Source: an uncultured virus (IMG/VR IMGVR_UViG_3300042691_011955)
Lineage: Duplodnaviria; Heunggongvirae; Uroviricota; Caudoviricetes
Virus record (IMG/VR): IMGVR_UViG_3300042691_011955
Strand: one strand, 5' to 3'
DNA length: 64,000 bases
The position numbers and the translations under genes were made by a program. The notes beneath the pieces are model-generated. The model had not been told where the DNA came from. It ran no database searches and saw only the letters and a list, made by a program, of their open reading frames with translations. Below, in pieces: positions 63,909 to 64,000 of the stretch; the first letter of the stretch is position 1; each line of letters begins with the position of its first letter.

Positions 63909-64000
63909 TGAGTGACGGAGGAAAAGGCAGTGCAAGAAGAAAAGGCGCAGATGATGCAAAATACAGCAGTGGATGGGACCGAATCTACGGTACAAGATAC
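63908..64000 (+). CDS. small hypothetical protein, truncated by window end
   Basis: [28 protein letters not shown]...; TAATG coupling. Confidence 0.6.
   Translation, partial: MSDGGKGSARRKGADDAKYSSGWDRIYGTRY

Noticed and set aside
1..64000. Bacterial chromosome origin suggested by many housekeeping-like genes
   Set aside because: Genes are isolated from their usual operons and mixed with PAAR, tail-like and many small phage-type ORFs under TAAATA promoters
1..64000. Stop-codon reassignment as in some large phages
   Set aside because: Recognisable genes are intact under the standard code, and TAA, TGA and TAG all end genes at sensible places

Overview
This window is a 64 kb segment of a large lytic tailed dsDNA phage (myovirus-like; PAAR spike, T4-type TAAATA late promoters, host sigma70-type promoters, standard genetic code). 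A betaproteobacterial host is plausible but is only an inference. It is gene-dense, mostly on the + strand, and carries many host-like genes: iscU/iscA/erpA, ugd-like, class Ia nrdAB plus glutaredoxin, class II aldolase, cold-shock protein, bS21, IF-1, TilS-like, guaC, hsp20, clpS, clpP, heme oxygenase plus a PcyX/PcyA-type bilin reductase, ahpC/ahpD, a B12 radical SAM enzyme, and a CsgF-CsgG-curlin-FecR-CHASE2 cyclase module. Reading outside the supplied ORF track shows a circularly permuted two-piece tmRNA (tag ANSSEYALAA) with a small membrane-protein ORF in its intervening segment. It also shows a stand-alone pqqA precursor gene, three tandem very basic micropeptides, a hidden metallothionein-like ORF next to a HiPIP-like protein, a probable -1 frameshift (A AAA AAG) in a scaffold-like gene, a ROSE-like thermometer on hsp20, an OxyR-spaced box at ahpC, and a ~240-nt structured leader in front of a SleB-type hydrolase. 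All family calls come from motif recognition by eye; no database search was run.
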